Below, in pieces: positions 62,767 to 64,000 of a DNA stretch of 64,000 nt; within the stretch, counting starts at the first letter, position 1; every line of letters starts with the position of its first letter. Origin of the DNA: an uncultured bacterium (lineage in GTDB: Bacteria; Acidobacteriota; Thermoanaerobaculia; Multivoradales; JAHZIX01). Where the stretch lies: the NCBI GenBank assembly GCA_965368975.1, contig CBDUPA010000001.1, positions 64,001-128,000 of the forward strand. The letters run 5' to 3'. The notes beneath the pieces are model-generated. The model was not told the DNA's origin and made no database searches. It saw only the letters and a program-made list of their open reading frames with translations. Position numbers and translations under genes: made by a program.

Positions 62767-64000
62767 ATGTTAGATGGGAGTGTACGTGGGAGCATAACTG
62801 TCGTGGTTCTGATTGGCCTTCTGGTCTGGGCGCCGTGCGCCTGGGCAGAAGAGCTCGGAACCATCGACACGGCTGCCTACCTCGCTAGTCAGAGTCCGCT
62901 TCTAAGTGTAGCTTCCGACGACGGAGGTTCCGGTTCCGATGCCGCCAGCTATTGGGAAGACCACTTCTCGTTGCACGGCTACCTGACCACGGCCTACGCG
63001 GATGCCAGTTTCGACGACAACGCAACGGGTCCGTCATCCGAGGAAGTCATCATCGGTATCCCCGAGGATGGCACCTGGGAGTATCGTATCGCCGCCTTGC
63101 AGTTGCGCTACGATCCGCACCCCAAGCACACCTTCCTGGTGCAGCTGGCGCATCGCAAATTCGACGACAGTCCGCTGGAGACCGCGGACGACGACATCAA
63201 CCTGGACTGGGCCTTTTACCAGTACCGCTTCACCGATCACAGCTCGTTGCGTCTCGGTCGCTTCGCGGTGCCTCAGGGCATCTTCAACGAGATCCGCGAC
63301 GTGGGTGTGATCCTGCCGTTCTTCCGCCCGTCCTACAACTTCTACCGTGAAGGTGGTTTCGTCAGCGAGACCATCGACGGCATCAGCCTGTCGCACCAGT
63401 TCAACTCCGATGGCGACTGGAGTCTGGATGCCGACGTCTACTACGGCGAGTACACCCTGCTCGAGCAGGGCACGAACCTGGCCGGTGACCAGGAAGCCGA
63501 AGAAGTGGACGTCGAGGATGCCTACGGTTTCCAGGTGTGGCTCAACACCCCGGTTCCTGGGTTGCGCTTTGGTGGTGGCTACCAAGAGTACACGGTCATC
63601 GGTTCGCTCAACGGCGGCAGCGACCTCAACCTCGCTGACTCCGACTGGGAGACGTGGTTGGTGTCGGCCGACGGCAACTTTGATCGCTGGGTGGCACGTG
63701 CCGAGTTCAAGCGCATCAAGTTCCCGATCAACAACCCCTCCTTCCCAGACGGTGAGGCGGAAATCGATGCCTACTACTTCCAGCTAGGCTTCCACATCAC
63801 GCCGCAGCTCAGCATCTACGCCCAGTCGGAATACAGCGACGGGCGGCAGAGCGCTCCCATCCTGTTCGAGGATGAGGACTTCAACCAACGCCAGGACGAC
63901 GGCATTTCTTTGGTCTACGCTTTCCGGCCCGACATCGTGCTGAAGGCCGAGTATCACGAGACGTCGTACGACTTGGGAAGCGCCGCGCTCGTCTTCCCGC
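62767..64000 (+). CDS. Outer-membrane beta-barrel/porin-like protein, 3'-truncated by window edge
   Basis: Not in the ORF track (no stop in window). Translates MLDGSVRGSITVVVLIGLLVWAPCAWA (signal peptide), then FSLHGYLT, LDWAFYQYRF, LRLGRF..PQGIFNEIRDVG and amphipathic aromatic strands. Confidence 0.75.
   Translation, partial: MLDGSVRGSITVVVLIGLLVWAPCAWAEELGTIDTAAYLASQSPLLSVASDDGGSGSDAASYWEDHFSLHGYLTTAYADASFDDNATGPSSEEVIIGIPEDGTWEYRIAALQLRYDPHPKHTFLVQLAHRKFDDSPLETADDDINLDWAFYQYRFTDHSSLRLGRFAVPQGIFNEIRDVGVILPFFRPSYNFYREGGFVSETIDGISLSHQFNSDGDWSLDADVYYGEYTLLEQGTNLAGDQEAEEVDVEDAYGFQVWLNTPVPGLRFGGGYQEYTVIGSLNGGSDLNLADSDWETWLVSADGNFDRWVARAEFKRIKFPINNPSFPDGEAEIDAYYFQLGFHITPQLSIYAQSEYSDGRQSAPILFEDEDFNQRQDDGISLVYAFRPDIVLKAEYHETSYDLGSAALVFP

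Overview
GC-rich bacterial window, plausibly Acidobacteriota or Myxococcota-like (taxonomy is inference only). The first ~14 kb holds housekeeping genes (S9 peptidase, arginine deiminase-like, AstE/AspA-like, clpA, clpS) and a GTAG-type REP pair. An accessory block there contains an mntA-hepT toxin-antitoxin pair and a DUF4365-like/Ser-Thr kinase/FGE-CLec fusion whose 3' end looks like a remote diversity-generating retroelement (DGR) target. Positions 14.0-62.6 kb form a compact ~48.6 kb, six-gene hybrid NRPS-PKS lipopeptide cluster with unusual architecture. It has two lipo-initiation proteins (three FAAL domains, two in tandem) and a BlmVI-like FAAL-ACP-C-A(Ser)-PCP-C*-A(Gly) protein with no final PCP and a His-less C domain. 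It also has a stand-alone C domain, an interface-type domain with a Ser A domain but no hydroxylase gene, a KS-AT-ACP-KR module, two statine-type units (Phe- and Ser-derived), and a C-(A remnant)-docking-like helix-TE terminus. This suggests a non-linear or convergent assembly line. The window ends in a partial outer-membrane beta-barrel gene. All domain and substrate calls were read by eye from motifs; no searches were run.
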